IMG/VR virus record: IMGVR_UViG_3300022200_000031
Location: 14,848 to 78,847 of that record
Direction: 5' to 3' (one strand)
DNA length: 64,000 nucleotides
DNA from: a virus
Shown here in pieces: positions 25,914 through 37,048 of the stretch (position 1 is the stretch's first letter; every line of letters begins with the position of its first letter). Both the position numbers and the translations under genes were made by a program. A model generated the notes under the pieces. It made no database searches. It had not been told where the DNA came from and saw nothing but the letters and a program-made list of their open reading frames with translations.

Positions 25914-27147
25914 TAGTTTCGAAAAACATAAGAACCACCCTCATATTGCATCCATTGTCAAGGATGTCTTTCCTGACAATGTTGCGTATGATAATCCTGA
26001 GCTTGTGCAGTTTGCATTTAAGCTTCTGGAGTCTATGGAGGAGATCAATAAATCTTCCTACTATATCAACAGAGTTAATCTCCTTAGAGACATTGATGAG
26101 ACCGACAACGGTTTCCTTACTCTACTGCAGGCAGAATTGGGTGCACCAATTCCGCAGATCTTTGCTGCGGACCCAAGACTATTATATAAACACTTAACAG
26201 AGCTGTATAAGTCACGTGGTACCCCCGACTCAATCAAAGCATTCTTTCGCTTACTGTATGCGGATGAAGTTGAAATCTACTTCCCAAAAGAGGATATGTT
26301 TATCCCATCGGATGGTAGATACTATGATCAGACCGCAGATGTAGAAGCAAACACGGCTCTATACACTCCGTTATATACATACACAATTGCATCTGTCACC
26401 AACACAGTCACTGGTGCTGATGACATTGGTCGTGTAATGAAGTTTGACAACCCACTTGTGTATGTCAATGATGTTAAGAGGTCTCTATATACTATTAACA
26501 CCACACCTAACTACTCAACAGGTAAGTTAGAGTACTCTATTGTATTCCCTTCTGATCTTTCGGCGGGAGATGTGGTGAAGATTTATCGTACAGGTGCGTT
26601 CACTACTAATGATGGCTTCCTGGATGATTATAAGAAACTACAAGATTCGTTCTTCTATCAAAAATTCTCATATGTACTCCGCACAGGTACAAACGCAGAT
26701 GTATGGAAGAATGCATTTAACAGATTGGTTCACCCAGCTGGTTTCATCTTCTTTGGTGAAATCTTACTGCTGATTGAACTTCTGAAACAAGGTGCACCAA
26801 ACCCACAACCTGGATATCAGATTAGTGGTCTCCCATTCCCAATTGTTATCAACCCTGTCGATACAGGCGTTACATTTGTTAAGGCAAGAAGCATTGCCTA
26901 CGGTACAAATGCAGATGTTGGTGACTATCATATGCAGGCAGGTACAAACAGTGTATTGGCCTCGTTCTGGGAAAAAGAGTACAAGCAAGAGTTGCACACC
27001 AACCTATTTGGTCCAGCTGAATACTTTGAACGATTTAAGTTCATGATGGATTATCCAATTAGTGATTTTGCAAATTATACAACTCTTGATGCTATAAATA
27101 AGATTATCGATGTCAATATGAGTTCGACAATTGAATTATCAAACTAG
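25906..27147 (+). CDS. Baseplate wedge protein (gp7-like)
   Basis: LYKSRGT..S...FFRLLY, LQDSFFYQKFSY, VHPAG. Confidence 0.75.
   Translation: MASSFEKHKNHPHIASIVKDVFPDNVAYDNPELVQFAFKLLESMEEINKSSYYINRVNLLRDIDETDNGFLTLLQAELGAPIPQIFAADPRLLYKHLTELYKSRGTPDSIKAFFRLLYADEVEIYFPKEDMFIPSDGRYYDQTADVEANTALYTPLYTYTIASVTNTVTGADDIGRVMKFDNPLVYVNDVKRSLYTINTTPNYSTGKLEYSIVFPSDLSAGDVVKIYRTGAFTTNDGFLDDYKKLQDSFFYQKFSYVLRTGTNADVWKNAFNRLVHPAGFIFFGEILLLIELLKQGAPNPQPGYQISGLPFPIVINPVDTGVTFVKARSIAYGTNADVGDYHMQAGTNSVLASFWEKEYKQELHTNLFGPAEYFERFKFMMDYPISDFANYTTLDAINKIIDVNMSSTIELSN
27093..27100 (+). promoter_or_regulatory. T4 late promoter
   Basis: TATAAATA upstream of gp8. Confidence 0.75.
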
Positions 27148-27160
27148 GAGCAACTAAGTA

Positions 27161-28495
27161 ATGACCGCCATTGTAACCAACCAATTCAGACTGAATGCAG
27201 CCAAGGAGTTTGAAGACGATCTGTCAAACAATTCAAACTACTATCTGTTTATTGGCCGTTCAGAATCGTGGGCATCAGATACAAATCCAGATGTTCCATA
27301 CGACAACACCTTCGTCACGTATACTGACGCATGGCAGCGTATGACCGCATTGAAGCAGCTGACAGACACAGATATTACATATGCATCTGTTCGCTATCAG
27401 TGGATCTCAGGTCAGACCTATACTGCATACGATGATCGTGATGATGCATTGGAAGGCAAGCAGTACTATGTTATCTCTGATAACAACAACGTGTATCTCT
27501 GTCTGAAGTCGGGTGGCTCATCTACTAAGAACCCTGACGTTGCTGGTATTACAACCAACGGCATTATTGATTACACGGGTGATGATGGTTATATCTGGAA
27601 GTACTTGTATACAGTATCTACTGATGACTCAAACAAGTTCCTTACATCTGCATTTATTCCTGTTCGTTATCTGAGTGCAGATCCTGGCGCGACTGCTGAC
27701 GCTGCTCTCCAGAACCAATGGGACGTTCAACAGAATGCTGTAGATGGTGCAATCTATAATGTTAAAATCACCGCTGGCGGTACTGGATACACTTCTGCTC
27801 CTACTGTATCCATCTCTGGTGATGGTTCTAGCTTCGCTGCGACCGCTCAAATTACTGGTGGTGTAGTAACAAATATTGTTGTCACCAATCCTGGTTCAGG
27901 GTATAATCAAGCTAAGATTACCATCTCTGGTGGTAGTGGTGCTGGTGCAACTGCATATGCTGTACTTGGTCCAAAAGGTGGATTTGGTGCAGACCCAAGA
28001 CAAGATCTAAGAGCACACTTCATTTCAATGAACTCTCGTTTGGTTTACGCCGATGGTGGTGGTGACTTCATTGTAGGCAATGACTTCCGTCAGATTGGTA
28101 TTATCCGTAACCCATACAACTGGAGTACAACTACTGTTGCAACCGCTGAAACGTTGTCTGCTACGGCGTCCCTTGAAGTGGCATTGGGTGCCTCATTCAC
28201 AGTGGATTCAACTATTGAGGGGACTGTAACAGGTGCCAAGGGTATCGTTGATAGCTATGATAGTGTTAATGGTATTATTCGTTACCACCAGACAGAAGCA
28301 ACTGGCTACGATGCATTTACAACTTCCGACTTCATTAGATTGGAAGGGGATGCTGGTGCTGGTGTAGATTGTACTGCGGTAAATAACCCTGAAGTGCAGC
28401 CTTACTCTGGTGAGATTGTATTCCTGGAAAATAGAACACCTGTTAACCGTGCATCGGATCAGATTGAAACAATCAAATTAGTACTTGAATTTTAA
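27161..28495 (+). CDS. gp8: Baseplate wedge gp8
   Basis: YYLFIGRS..W, DGYIWKYLY, FRQIG..NP, ENRTP..R. Confidence 0.88.
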   Translation: MTAIVTNQFRLNAAKEFEDDLSNNSNYYLFIGRSESWASDTNPDVPYDNTFVTYTDAWQRMTALKQLTDTDITYASVRYQWISGQTYTAYDDRDDALEGKQYYVISDNNNVYLCLKSGGSSTKNPDVAGITTNGIIDYTGDDGYIWKYLYTVSTDDSNKFLTSAFIPVRYLSADPGATADAALQNQWDVQQNAVDGAIYNVKITAGGTGYTSAPTVSISGDGSSFAATAQITGGVVTNIVVTNPGSGYNQAKITISGGSGAGATAYAVLGPKGGFGADPRQDLRAHFISMNSRLVYADGGGDFIVGNDFRQIGIIRNPYNWSTTTVATAETLSATASLEVALGASFTVDSTIEGTVTGAKGIVDSYDSVNGIIRYHQTEATGYDAFTTSDFIRLEGDAGAGVDCTAVNNPEVQPYSGEIVFLENRTPVNRASDQIETIKLVLEF

Positions 28496-28506
28496 GGGTT
28501 TAAAAC

Positions 28507-31500
28507 ATGGCAATTAAGTTTAACGTAGAGCCGTATTATGACGACTTTGAAACCGCAACAGCGGTCGATGGTTTATCTCCACAGGAGAAGTACCATCGAA
28601 TTCTTTTCCGCCCTGGGCATGCGGTTCAGGCTCGTGAGCTTACACAGATTCAGTCCATGTTGCAACATCAGGTTACCTCAATGGGTAACCACTTCTTCGA
28701 AGAAGGTTCAATGGTCATTCCTGGCCATGTGTCATTTGAAGGTAAACTCGACTATATTAAATTAAGCAGCCTTTCTGGTATTCCACAGGCAGCTAGCTAT
28801 CCTTCAACCGATGAAGGTCAGGCACAATATGAAGCTGCATTTGAAGCATTCTTTGATAATCAGGTAGGTAATGTATACACTGGTGGCACTACTGGTATTA
28901 CTGCTCGTGTTGTTAAGGTGCTCCCTGCTGAAGGCACAGATCCAGTCACAATGTATGTTAAGTATTTGTCAGCTGGTTCTAGTGGCGAAACGGTATTTGA
29001 TGATGGTGAAACTTTAACAGCAACAGCAGATAGCACGACATACACAGCTGTAGCTGCTGCTTCTGCATCTACTGGTTTTGGTTCAGCGGCATTCGTCGAG
29101 CGTGGTATCTACTACCTCAAAGGCAACTTTGTTATCGTTCAGAATGGTTCATTGATTCTTGACAAGTATGATGTAAACCCATCTTACGATGTTGGTTTGC
29201 AGATCACTGAATCAATTGTTGATTCTGCAACAGACCCATCACTGAATGATAATGCAAATGGTACTTCAAACTATGCAGCACCTGGCGCACATCGTTATCA
29301 GATTAAGTCGGAACTGGTAAAGCAAGCGGTTGGTGGTACCACTATTGAGAACTTCCTCCTCCTTATCCGAGTTGAAGAAGGTTCTATTGCACAGAAAGTT
29401 CGCACAACAGATTACAGTGTCATTGAAGAAACACTGGCACGCAGAACATTTGATGAATCTGGTAACTACACCGTTCGTCCATTTATGGTTAATGTACGCG
29501 AGCATACAGATGTCAACACCCCAGGCGATGATGCAAAACTTGCTCTTGGCATTGAACCATCAAAGGCTTATGTTCGCGGTTATGAGATTGAAACTCTTTC
29601 AACCACATACGTTAATGTAGATAAGGCTCGCGACTCCACCCTATTTGAGGCAGCATCTGTTCCAATGTTGATTGGTAACTATGTTACTATTGAAAATGTA
29701 GAAGGTATTCCTGATATCCAAACCTTTGAGCGCATGGAAATCCATTCTTCTACAGGTGGTGCGGGTGGTATTATCGGTTATGCTAGAGCTCGTTCTTATG
29801 TCTACGCTGGCTCTGGTGAGTATCGTATCTACTTGTTTGACATTCAAATGTCATCGGGGTACACTTTTGCGGAATATGCTAAGTCATTCAAACTTGCATC
29901 TACTCCAGAATTTATTGCAGATATTATCCTTGATGGTAGCGGCAAGGCTATTATTCAGGAACCAACTCGTAACACAATGGTATTTCCACTACCATTTAAT
30001 CGTGTTAAGACTTGTGACTCTCAGCCAGATGGTGTTGCAGATGATTTCAATTATGTTTATTTCTGCAACCGTTATCTTGGTTCATCTCCTGTATCATCAG
30101 GTGAAGCAGTGTTCGCAACAGTTGGCTCTAATGAGCTGCTGGAACCATTTGATGATGAGAACTGGATTCTTACTGTAGCATCTGGTGCAAACAGTGGTGA
30201 TATTGTACCTCTTTCAACTGGCAGTGTTACAATTGCAACCAATTCCGAATCAGTAACCATCTCAGGCCTTGGTGCTTACGAAGGTAATAATGTTAAACTG
30301 ATTGCTGGTGTCAAGCGTACATTGAACCAGAAAGCTAAATCATTGACCACATCTGGTAACGACAACATTCATCTATTCTCAATTGCATCTCCTACAGGTG
30401 ATGATCAATTGGGCTTTGCAGATGGCTACAAACTTCATGCAGTTTATATGTCTGCAAATATGTCTACTCCAGCAACGGTTAATGATGATGATGTGTCAGA
30501 GTACTACGACTTTGACAACGGTCAGAGAGACAACTTCTATGACCTGGCGCGCCTGAAGCTCAAACCAACAACAGCGTTCCGTCCTACCGGCCAGCTGCTT
30601 GTTAAGTATGAATACTACACACATGGTGGTGGTGACTTCTTTACTATTGATTCGTATGACAACTTGGAAGATTCAACTGGTCATACTGTTTCATATGAAG
30701 ACATCCCAGCATTCGTATCAAAGTCTACTGGCCAGTCCATCGAACTGCGTTCAGCAATTGACTTCCGTCCTCGCGTATCTAATGCGGGTAATAACTTTAC
30801 CGGTACTGGTGCTCAGGTTTCTGTATGCCCAGAACCACTAACTACCTTCACAACCGATGTACAGTATTATCTGAACCGTATTGATAAGGTGTACATTGAT
30901 AAGGATGGTAACTTTGGTGTTGTTAAGGGTGTTCCAGCTGTTGAGCCAGAACTACCAGATGATCCAAAGGATGCAATGGTTCTCTATCATGTATTTGTTC
31001 CTGCATATACACTGACTCCAGAAGAAGTTGTGATCGATATGATCGACAACAAGCGTTACACAATGCGTGATATTGGTAAGCTGGAAAAGAGAATTAATAC
31101 CCTTGAGTATTACACATCCCTTTCTCTCCTTGAGAAGGAAGCTGCTGACAAGCAGATTGTGGATCCAACTACTCAGGTACAGAGACTGAAGGCTGGCTTC
31201 CTTGTAGATTCATTTGCATCTCACAACGTTGGTAATGTAACCAGCCCAGAGTATAGATGCTCAATTGATCGCGCTAATCGCAGATTGCGTCCTTCATTCT
31301 CCGAAGACAATGTACGCCTTCTGTACAACTCCACACTCTCTTCCAACGTCCAGAAGACAGGTGATCTGATTACCCTACCATACACTGAAACTCCTCTGTT
31401 CTATCAGAGTCAGGCGTCTGGTCAAATCAATGTAAACCCATTTGATGTATTCTCATGGGGCGGTACTGTTGAACTCTCCCCCACATCAGATGAATGGAAA

Positions 31501-33912
31501 GATACAACTCGCCGCCCAGCAGTTGTTGTGGACCAGGAAGGTGTATACGATGCAATGCTTGGTATCATTAACGAGACTGATGCGTTGGGTACTGTATGGG
31601 GGGAATGGCAGACTAACTGGACCGGTGTAAGTATTAGTACATCTACACAAGCGTTTGGTAATGGTTCACGTCGTGGTTGGGGTAACCGTATCCAAACTAC
31701 TACTACAACCACTACTACCACAGGCCAATCACGTCAGGGTATTGAAACCTCTGTTGTACCTGATACAATCAACACCAATATTGGTGATCGTGTAGTTGAG
31801 GTCAACTTTGCACCATTCATTCGCTCTCGTCTGGTTAGCTTCAAGGCAACACGTCTGAAGCCTAACACTGAAATGTTTGCGTTCTTTGATGGTGTGGCTG
31901 TTACTCCATTTGTTCGTCAGGAATCTACATTTACAAAGTATACAGATGGAGACAATCCAACCGTAAATGGTAAGAACCTCCTTACTGCGCACCCAGATGG
32001 TGCTACAACTCTAACCACTAATGCAGCGGGTGAGTTGATTGGTTCGTTCTTCATTCCTAATAGTGACGCACTAAACTTTAAGACTGGTACACGTATCTTC
32101 CGTCTATGCGATGATCCATCAAACAATGAGGTCAATACTACAACATTTGCAGAAGCAGCGTACAATGCCAAAGGCCTGATTGAGACCAAAGAGAATGTAA
32201 CAATCTCTACTCGTGTTCCACTGATCGAGCGTCGTGAAGTTTCTGGTAACCGTATTATCAGTAACACACGCAACAACACTTCTGCATCATGGTATGATCC
32301 ACTTGCTCAATCATTCATGGTTGATTTGGATGGTGGTGCATTTATTACATCACTGGATCTGTTCTTCCACAAGAAGGCATCTGACATTCCTGTTACTGTA
32401 CAGATTCGTGAGATGAACCAGGGTCTGCCAACTCAGACTATCGTACCGTTTGGTGAGGTAACTCTGAACCCTGCTGACGTCAATGTGGTAGATCTTACCT
32501 CTTCAAATCCTGATCCTAATCAGGTGACTACATTCACATTCCCATCTCCTGTATACCTACAGCAAAACCAAGAATACTGTTTTGTTATTATGGCTAATAC
32601 AAATGAGTATGAAGTGTGGTATGCAGAGATTGGTGAGAATAACTATATTACCGGCGAGCGTATTTCTAAGCAGCCTTATGCTGGTGTATTGTTCAAATCA
32701 CAGAATGCTTCTACTTGGTCTCCTGATCAGAATAAGGATATCAAGTTCCGTATGAAGCGTGCTGACTTTAATATTGATAATCCTGGTACTGTGGTAATGA
32801 ATAACGGTTCTGTTCAGGAACGCAAACTGATTAAAAACCCATTTAGCACTACCAGCGGTTCTAGTCTGGTCCGTGTAGCACATCGTAACCATCACTTCTA
32901 TGAAGAAACCAACAGTATTCCTTCATATGTAACTATCAGTGGTGCTACAGATGTCAACGGTATCCCAGCGGCCACAATGAACGCAACCCACCAGGTTCAG
33001 GGTGTTGAGATGGATTCATACCTGATTGATGTTGGTGTGAATGCAACTGGTACTGGTATTGATGGTGGTACAGATGTTACTGTTACAGAGAACCAAGGTT
33101 TCAATACATTCTACACATTCCTGCAGCATCTGAATCTTCCTGGTACCAATTCCACATGGGGTGTTCGTACCTGTACTGGTATGAGTCTTGGTGCTACCAG
33201 CCCAACTCCATATGTGGTTGATTCCGCGTACACTCCTGTGATTGTTAATCAGAACTACACATTAGACGCACCAAAGGTAATTGCTTCAGATGACAACGAA
33301 CAGCAGGGTAAGTCATTCTACCTGAGAGGTTCACTTGTATCCACTAAGGATAATATCTCTCCTGTGATTGACCTTGAACGTGCATCCGTATATACGATTT
33401 CCAACAGAATTAATAACCCTGTGGGTGACAATCCAAGTACGACTGGTCCTTCCGATGCATTCATTGATGCACTTGGTAATGTATGGCCATCTGATAACAG
33501 CAATCCTAACAATGCACCTACAGGATTTAACTATGTTGCTGACTTCGGTACAGAAGCAACAACTGATGTTGGTTCGACTGCAGCGAAGTATGTTACTAAG
33601 GCTGTGTCGTTGGCAGAGTCTGCTGATGGCTTAAGAATCTTCTTAGATGTTAACAAGCCATCAAGAACTTATGTTGACTTGATGTATAAGGCAGTTAACG
33701 CAGAAGAAGAAATTGCAACTACTGATTGGACTCTTGCTACTCCTAGCGAACCAATTCCTTATGCGGACGACAACACCTACCGTGAGGTTGAATGGGAAAT
33801 TGATCCTCCTGGTGTGTTCAATGTATTCCAGCTTAAGATTGTTCTGAGAAGTAGTAATTCATCACAGATTCCAACCATTAAGGATCTGAGATCAATCGCA
33901 CTAGTACCATGA
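28507..33912 (+). CDS. Large virion structural protein (VrlC/DUF4815-like)
   Basis: PYYDDF, ILFRPG.AVQARELTQ, LARRTFDESGNY, RYTMRDIG.LE.RI..LEYY, DPLAQSF. Confidence 0.85.
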   Translation: MAIKFNVEPYYDDFETATAVDGLSPQEKYHRILFRPGHAVQARELTQIQSMLQHQVTSMGNHFFEEGSMVIPGHVSFEGKLDYIKLSSLSGIPQAASYPSTDEGQAQYEAAFEAFFDNQVGNVYTGGTTGITARVVKVLPAEGTDPVTMYVKYLSAGSSGETVFDDGETLTATADSTTYTAVAAASASTGFGSAAFVERGIYYLKGNFVIVQNGSLILDKYDVNPSYDVGLQITESIVDSATDPSLNDNANGTSNYAAPGAHRYQIKSELVKQAVGGTTIENFLLLIRVEEGSIAQKVRTTDYSVIEETLARRTFDESGNYTVRPFMVNVREHTDVNTPGDDAKLALGIEPSKAYVRGYEIETLSTTYVNVDKARDSTLFEAASVPMLIGNYVTIENVEGIPDIQTFERMEIHSSTGGAGGIIGYARARSYVYAGSGEYRIYLFDIQMSSGYTFAEYAKSFKLASTPEFIADIILDGSGKAIIQEPTRNTMVFPLPFNRVKTCDSQPDGVADDFNYVYFCNRYLGSSPVSSGEAVFATVGSNELLEPFDDENWILTVASGANSGDIVPLSTGSVTIATNSESVTISGLGAYEGNNVKLIAGVKRTLNQKAKSLTTSGNDNIHLFSIASPTGDDQLGFADGYKLHAVYMSANMSTPATVNDDDVSEYYDFDNGQRDNFYDLARLKLKPTTAFRPTGQLLVKYEYYTHGGGDFFTIDSYDNLEDSTGHTVSYEDIPAFVSKSTGQSIELRSAIDFRPRVSNAGNNFTGTGAQVSVCPEPLTTFTTDVQYYLNRIDKVYIDKDGNFGVVKGVPAVEPELPDDPKDAMVLYHVFVPAYTLTPEEVVIDMIDNKRYTMRDIGKLEKRINTLEYYTSLSLLEKEAADKQIVDPTTQVQRLKAGFLVDSFASHNVGNVTSPEYRCSIDRANRRLRPSFSEDNVRLLYNSTLSSNVQKTGDLITLPYTETPLFYQSQASGQINVNPFDVFSWGGTVELSPTSDEWKDTTRRPAVVVDQEGVYDAMLGIINETDALGTVWGEWQTNWTGVSISTSTQAFGNGSRRGWGNRIQTTTTTTTTTGQSRQGIETSVVPDTINTNIGDRVVEVNFAPFIRSRLVSFKATRLKPNTEMFAFFDGVAVTPFVRQESTFTKYTDGDNPTVNGKNLLTAHPDGATTLTTNAAGELIGSFFIPNSDALNFKTGTRIFRLCDDPSNNEVNTTTFAEAAYNAKGLIETKENVTISTRVPLIERREVSGNRIISNTRNNTSASWYDPLAQSFMVDLDGGAFITSLDLFFHKKASDIPVTVQIREMNQGLPTQTIVPFGEVTLNPADVNVVDLTSSNPDPNQVTTFTFPSPVYLQQNQEYCFVIMANTNEYEVWYAEIGENNYITGERISKQPYAGVLFKSQNASTWSPDQNKDIKFRMKRADFNIDNPGTVVMNNGSVQERKLIKNPFSTTSGSSLVRVAHRNHHFYEETNSIPSYVTISGATDVNGIPAATMNATHQVQGVEMDSYLIDVGVNATGTGIDGGTDVTVTENQGFNTFYTFLQHLNLPGTNSTWGVRTCTGMSLGATSPTPYVVDSAYTPVIVNQNYTLDAPKVIASDDNEQQGKSFYLRGSLVSTKDNISPVIDLERASVYTISNRINNPVGDNPSTTGPSDAFIDALGNVWPSDNSNPNNAPTGFNYVADFGTEATTDVGSTAAKYVTKAVSLAESADGLRIFLDVNKPSRTYVDLMYKAVNAEEEIATTDWTLATPSEPIPYADDNTYREVEWEIDPPGVFNVFQLKIVLRSSNSSQIPTIKDLRSIALVP

Positions 33913-34124
33913 TAGATCATAAGATGATCCCTGTTGAAGATCATCCAAATCTTTTCAGGGATCCAGTTACAAATGCGATTATAAATATGGATACAAGATC
34001 TGCTGCGTCTAACAGAAATGCTAGAATGAAAGCAAAGCAACGCGATGAGGACATTGAAAACCTCAAGAATGATATGGCAGAAATTAAAGAATTATTGACC
34101 CAACTTTTAGCGAGTAAGAACTAA
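33909..34124 (+). CDS. Conserved small coiled-coil protein
   Basis: VEDHPNLFRD..TNAIIN; typically follows VrlC-like genes. Confidence 0.75.
   Translation: MIDHKMIPVEDHPNLFRDPVTNAIINMDTRSAASNRNARMKAKQRDEDIENLKNDMAEIKELLTQLLASKN
33980..33987 (+). promoter_or_regulatory. T4 late promoter upstream of the tail fibre and modification cluster
   Basis: TATAAATA. Confidence 0.75.
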
Positions 34125-37039
34125 TGGCAATTGTTATCGTACCAAACACAGACACTTTTAACCAATGGCGTGTAAAGACAAACACCATTGGTTCAGGTGT
34201 TGGTGACCTTTCTACTCTGATCAATGATGCTGTTCTAACATATACAGGTCTTACTGGCCAGAATGAAGGAACATTCACTGGTACGCCTGCCACATTCACA
34301 ATTGTGAATAATCAGGGTACATATGAAGTAACCGTTACCAATGGTGGTGATGGATACGCAGTTGGTGATACTGTGTTGATCACCGGTGGCCAGATCGGTG
34401 GTGTTGATGGTGTAAATGATGCAACGATCACTGTTGCGACTGTTGACGCACTTGGAGTTGGTGAGGTACAGACTGCTACTGTAGCTGGTACAACCACCGC
34501 TAACCTCGTTGCACAGGTAAACAACCTTAGAGATGATGTGGGTGACACCAACACTGCACTACAAACTAATGCTGCTCAGGTACGCGATGCGATTAACGAA
34601 TTTGAAGAAGTATTGAGAGGTGCTGGTGCCAATAACTACACCCTCAACACAGATGCTGACAACTTGGTTGCTGCTATCAATGAGCTGGAAACAGCAGTTC
34701 GTGGCACTAATATAGATTACAACCTTGATACCACATCTAATGATTTGGTATCTGCAATCAATGAATTCCAAGCTGAGTTGGGTCTGGTAGAGAGTTTTGA
34801 TGCCACAGGCACTTCTCCTATTGCGGACGCTAATCACACAATTACGTACGTTAATATTGGATCGACGTTCGAGGCCGCTGTTAATGCACTGAAAGATAAA
34901 GTCGACTACCATTCAGATGAACTTGGTGGTAAGATGTCTGCAGACTATGATGGTCCTGAGACAAACCATATGGATGCGCTGAACGCATTGTACAATGCAT
35001 CTTCTCTTGGTACCTTGGATAATACATACGTTCGTCGTTCTGGTACTCTTGACATGACTGGTATGTTCCAGCTTCATCAGGATGGTATCACTTCAAACGC
35101 AAACAGCATGCTTCTGAAGACTGGTGCTGCTGATGTGACTGCTATTACAATCAGTGCAACAAATCAAAATGTTGGTATTGGCGGTGGTGTTGGCACACAG
35201 AAGTTAAAGGTTACTGGTGGTGTTAATGCTACCACTGGTTTCTATTATAATGGAGATGATACAGACACCCGTTATATCCGTGCTGATGTTGGCTCTGCAC
35301 AGACCCTTGAAATTGATACGACGGTTACTGCATCCATTAATCTCGATCCTGGTGCAGGTGAAACAGTAACAATTGATGGTTCAATTGTTGCTAGTGATAG
35401 CTATACTTTCCTTGAATGGTTCCAGGACACAGTTGGTGATATGTTTACCGGTAACCAGGAGTCTGGTGGTATCAGTGGTGTATACAATGATGGTACTGGC
35501 AAGATCACTCTTGCAATTGCAGATGATGGCCACAACCACGTCGTAAGTAATATTGATGATTTCGATAACGAAGTTAAGGATCGTGCTGCAGCAATGATCA
35601 CAGGTGCTACTCACTCTGGTCTTGCTACAACATACGATAATGTAAATAATCGCCTCACATTCAATGTCAATGACCCTGTTCTAACTATCTCTGGTGAAGC
35701 AACTGGTTCAGCCACAATGACTAACCTTAGTAACACCACTATTAGTGTTACCCTGGATCAGGAAGTCATTCAGGACAAAGCAGCACCATTACTGTCTAAT
35801 GGTGTTCATACTGGTCTGTCTGCTACTTATGATGATGCAAACAACCGTATCAATCTTGCATTGACTGCTGACCCAACTATTGCACTTTCTGGTGATGTAT
35901 CAGGTTCGGTAACCCTTACCAACCTTGGTACCCAGACATTTACAATTAATGCTGTAGTTGCTGATGATAGCCACAATCACGTTATTGGTAATATTGACAA
36001 CTTCACTGAAGAAGTACAAGACATTGTTGGTGCCATGGTTGCTCCAACAAACGTTGAATCTGGTATTACTGTAACATACGATGACAATACTGGTAAGTTG
36101 AACTTTGATGTTAATGATCCTACCATTACATTGAATGGGGATGTAACGGGTTCTGCTACAATGTCGAACCTTGGTTCAATGACCATCACTACTACTATCG
36201 TCAACGATTCACACACCCATGATGATCGTTACTATACAGAATCGGAAGCAGATAGTCGCTTCTTTAATGTGTCTGGTGACACTATCACTGGTAGCTGCAC
36301 TGTGCAGGGTGATATTTACCTGGGTTCAGGTGCTTCATCCTCGCTCCAACATTTCTGGGACAATAACAGTAGCACCTGGCGTACATTCCAATACGATCAG
36401 AGCAACTGGTATGTTGAAGATGATGGCGGCACAAACCGTCTGTTGGTTCATGCTGGTAACCTAGGTTCATTTACATTCCCATCTGCATCAAACGCGAACA
36501 CCCTTGATGGTATTGACTCCTCACAGTTCCTGCGTTCAGATGCAAATGACACTGCAACCGGTAACCTAACCACTTCTCACTTATATGCTAGATCCAATGG
36601 TGCATATGATCTTGGTACAGGTACAGTAAGATATCGTACAATGTATGCTGGTACATTTAACGGTACAGCAACCACCGCACAATACGCTGACTTGGCAGAG
36701 AAATACCTTGCTGATGGTGAATATGTTGCCGGTACTGTTATTGCGGTAGGTGGTGAAGCTGAAGTGACTGCCGCCACGGACGAAATTGCCCATTCAGTGA
36801 TTGGTGTTGTATCAGAGAATCCAGCATTCCGAATGAATGAAGATCTCGAGAATGGTACCTACATTGCACTGAAGGGACGTGTTCCTGTCCGCGTACAGGG
36901 AGATGTTAAGAAGGGGGACCGTTTGGTTGCCTCATCAACTCCAGGTGTAGCTGAAGCAAATAATGCTATGGGAATGTGGTCATTTGCTGTTGCCTTAACA
37001 GACAAAGTAGGGGATACTGTAGAAGCTGTTATTCTTTAA
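34124..37039 (+). CDS. Tail fibre protein with C-terminal intramolecular chaperone (peptidase G2/IMC-like)
   Basis: DTFNQWRVKTN anchor, internal repeats with HxH, LDGIDSSQFLRSD, ADLAEKY...IGVVS.NPA...GRVPVRV. Confidence 0.85.
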   Translation: MAIVIVPNTDTFNQWRVKTNTIGSGVGDLSTLINDAVLTYTGLTGQNEGTFTGTPATFTIVNNQGTYEVTVTNGGDGYAVGDTVLITGGQIGGVDGVNDATITVATVDALGVGEVQTATVAGTTTANLVAQVNNLRDDVGDTNTALQTNAAQVRDAINEFEEVLRGAGANNYTLNTDADNLVAAINELETAVRGTNIDYNLDTTSNDLVSAINEFQAELGLVESFDATGTSPIADANHTITYVNIGSTFEAAVNALKDKVDYHSDELGGKMSADYDGPETNHMDALNALYNASSLGTLDNTYVRRSGTLDMTGMFQLHQDGITSNANSMLLKTGAADVTAITISATNQNVGIGGGVGTQKLKVTGGVNATTGFYYNGDDTDTRYIRADVGSAQTLEIDTTVTASINLDPGAGETVTIDGSIVASDSYTFLEWFQDTVGDMFTGNQESGGISGVYNDGTGKITLAIADDGHNHVVSNIDDFDNEVKDRAAAMITGATHSGLATTYDNVNNRLTFNVNDPVLTISGEATGSATMTNLSNTTISVTLDQEVIQDKAAPLLSNGVHTGLSATYDDANNRINLALTADPTIALSGDVSGSVTLTNLGTQTFTINAVVADDSHNHVIGNIDNFTEEVQDIVGAMVAPTNVESGITVTYDDNTGKLNFDVNDPTITLNGDVTGSATMSNLGSMTITTTIVNDSHTHDDRYYTESEADSRFFNVSGDTITGSCTVQGDIYLGSGASSSLQHFWDNNSSTWRTFQYDQSNWYVEDDGGTNRLLVHAGNLGSFTFPSASNANTLDGIDSSQFLRSDANDTATGNLTTSHLYARSNGAYDLGTGTVRYRTMYAGTFNGTATTAQYADLAEKYLADGEYVAGTVIAVGGEAEVTAATDEIAHSVIGVVSENPAFRMNEDLENGTYIALKGRVPVRVQGDVKKGDRLVASSTPGVAEANNAMGMWSFAVALTDKVGDTVEAVIL

Positions 37040-37048
37040 GGAGCTTCT

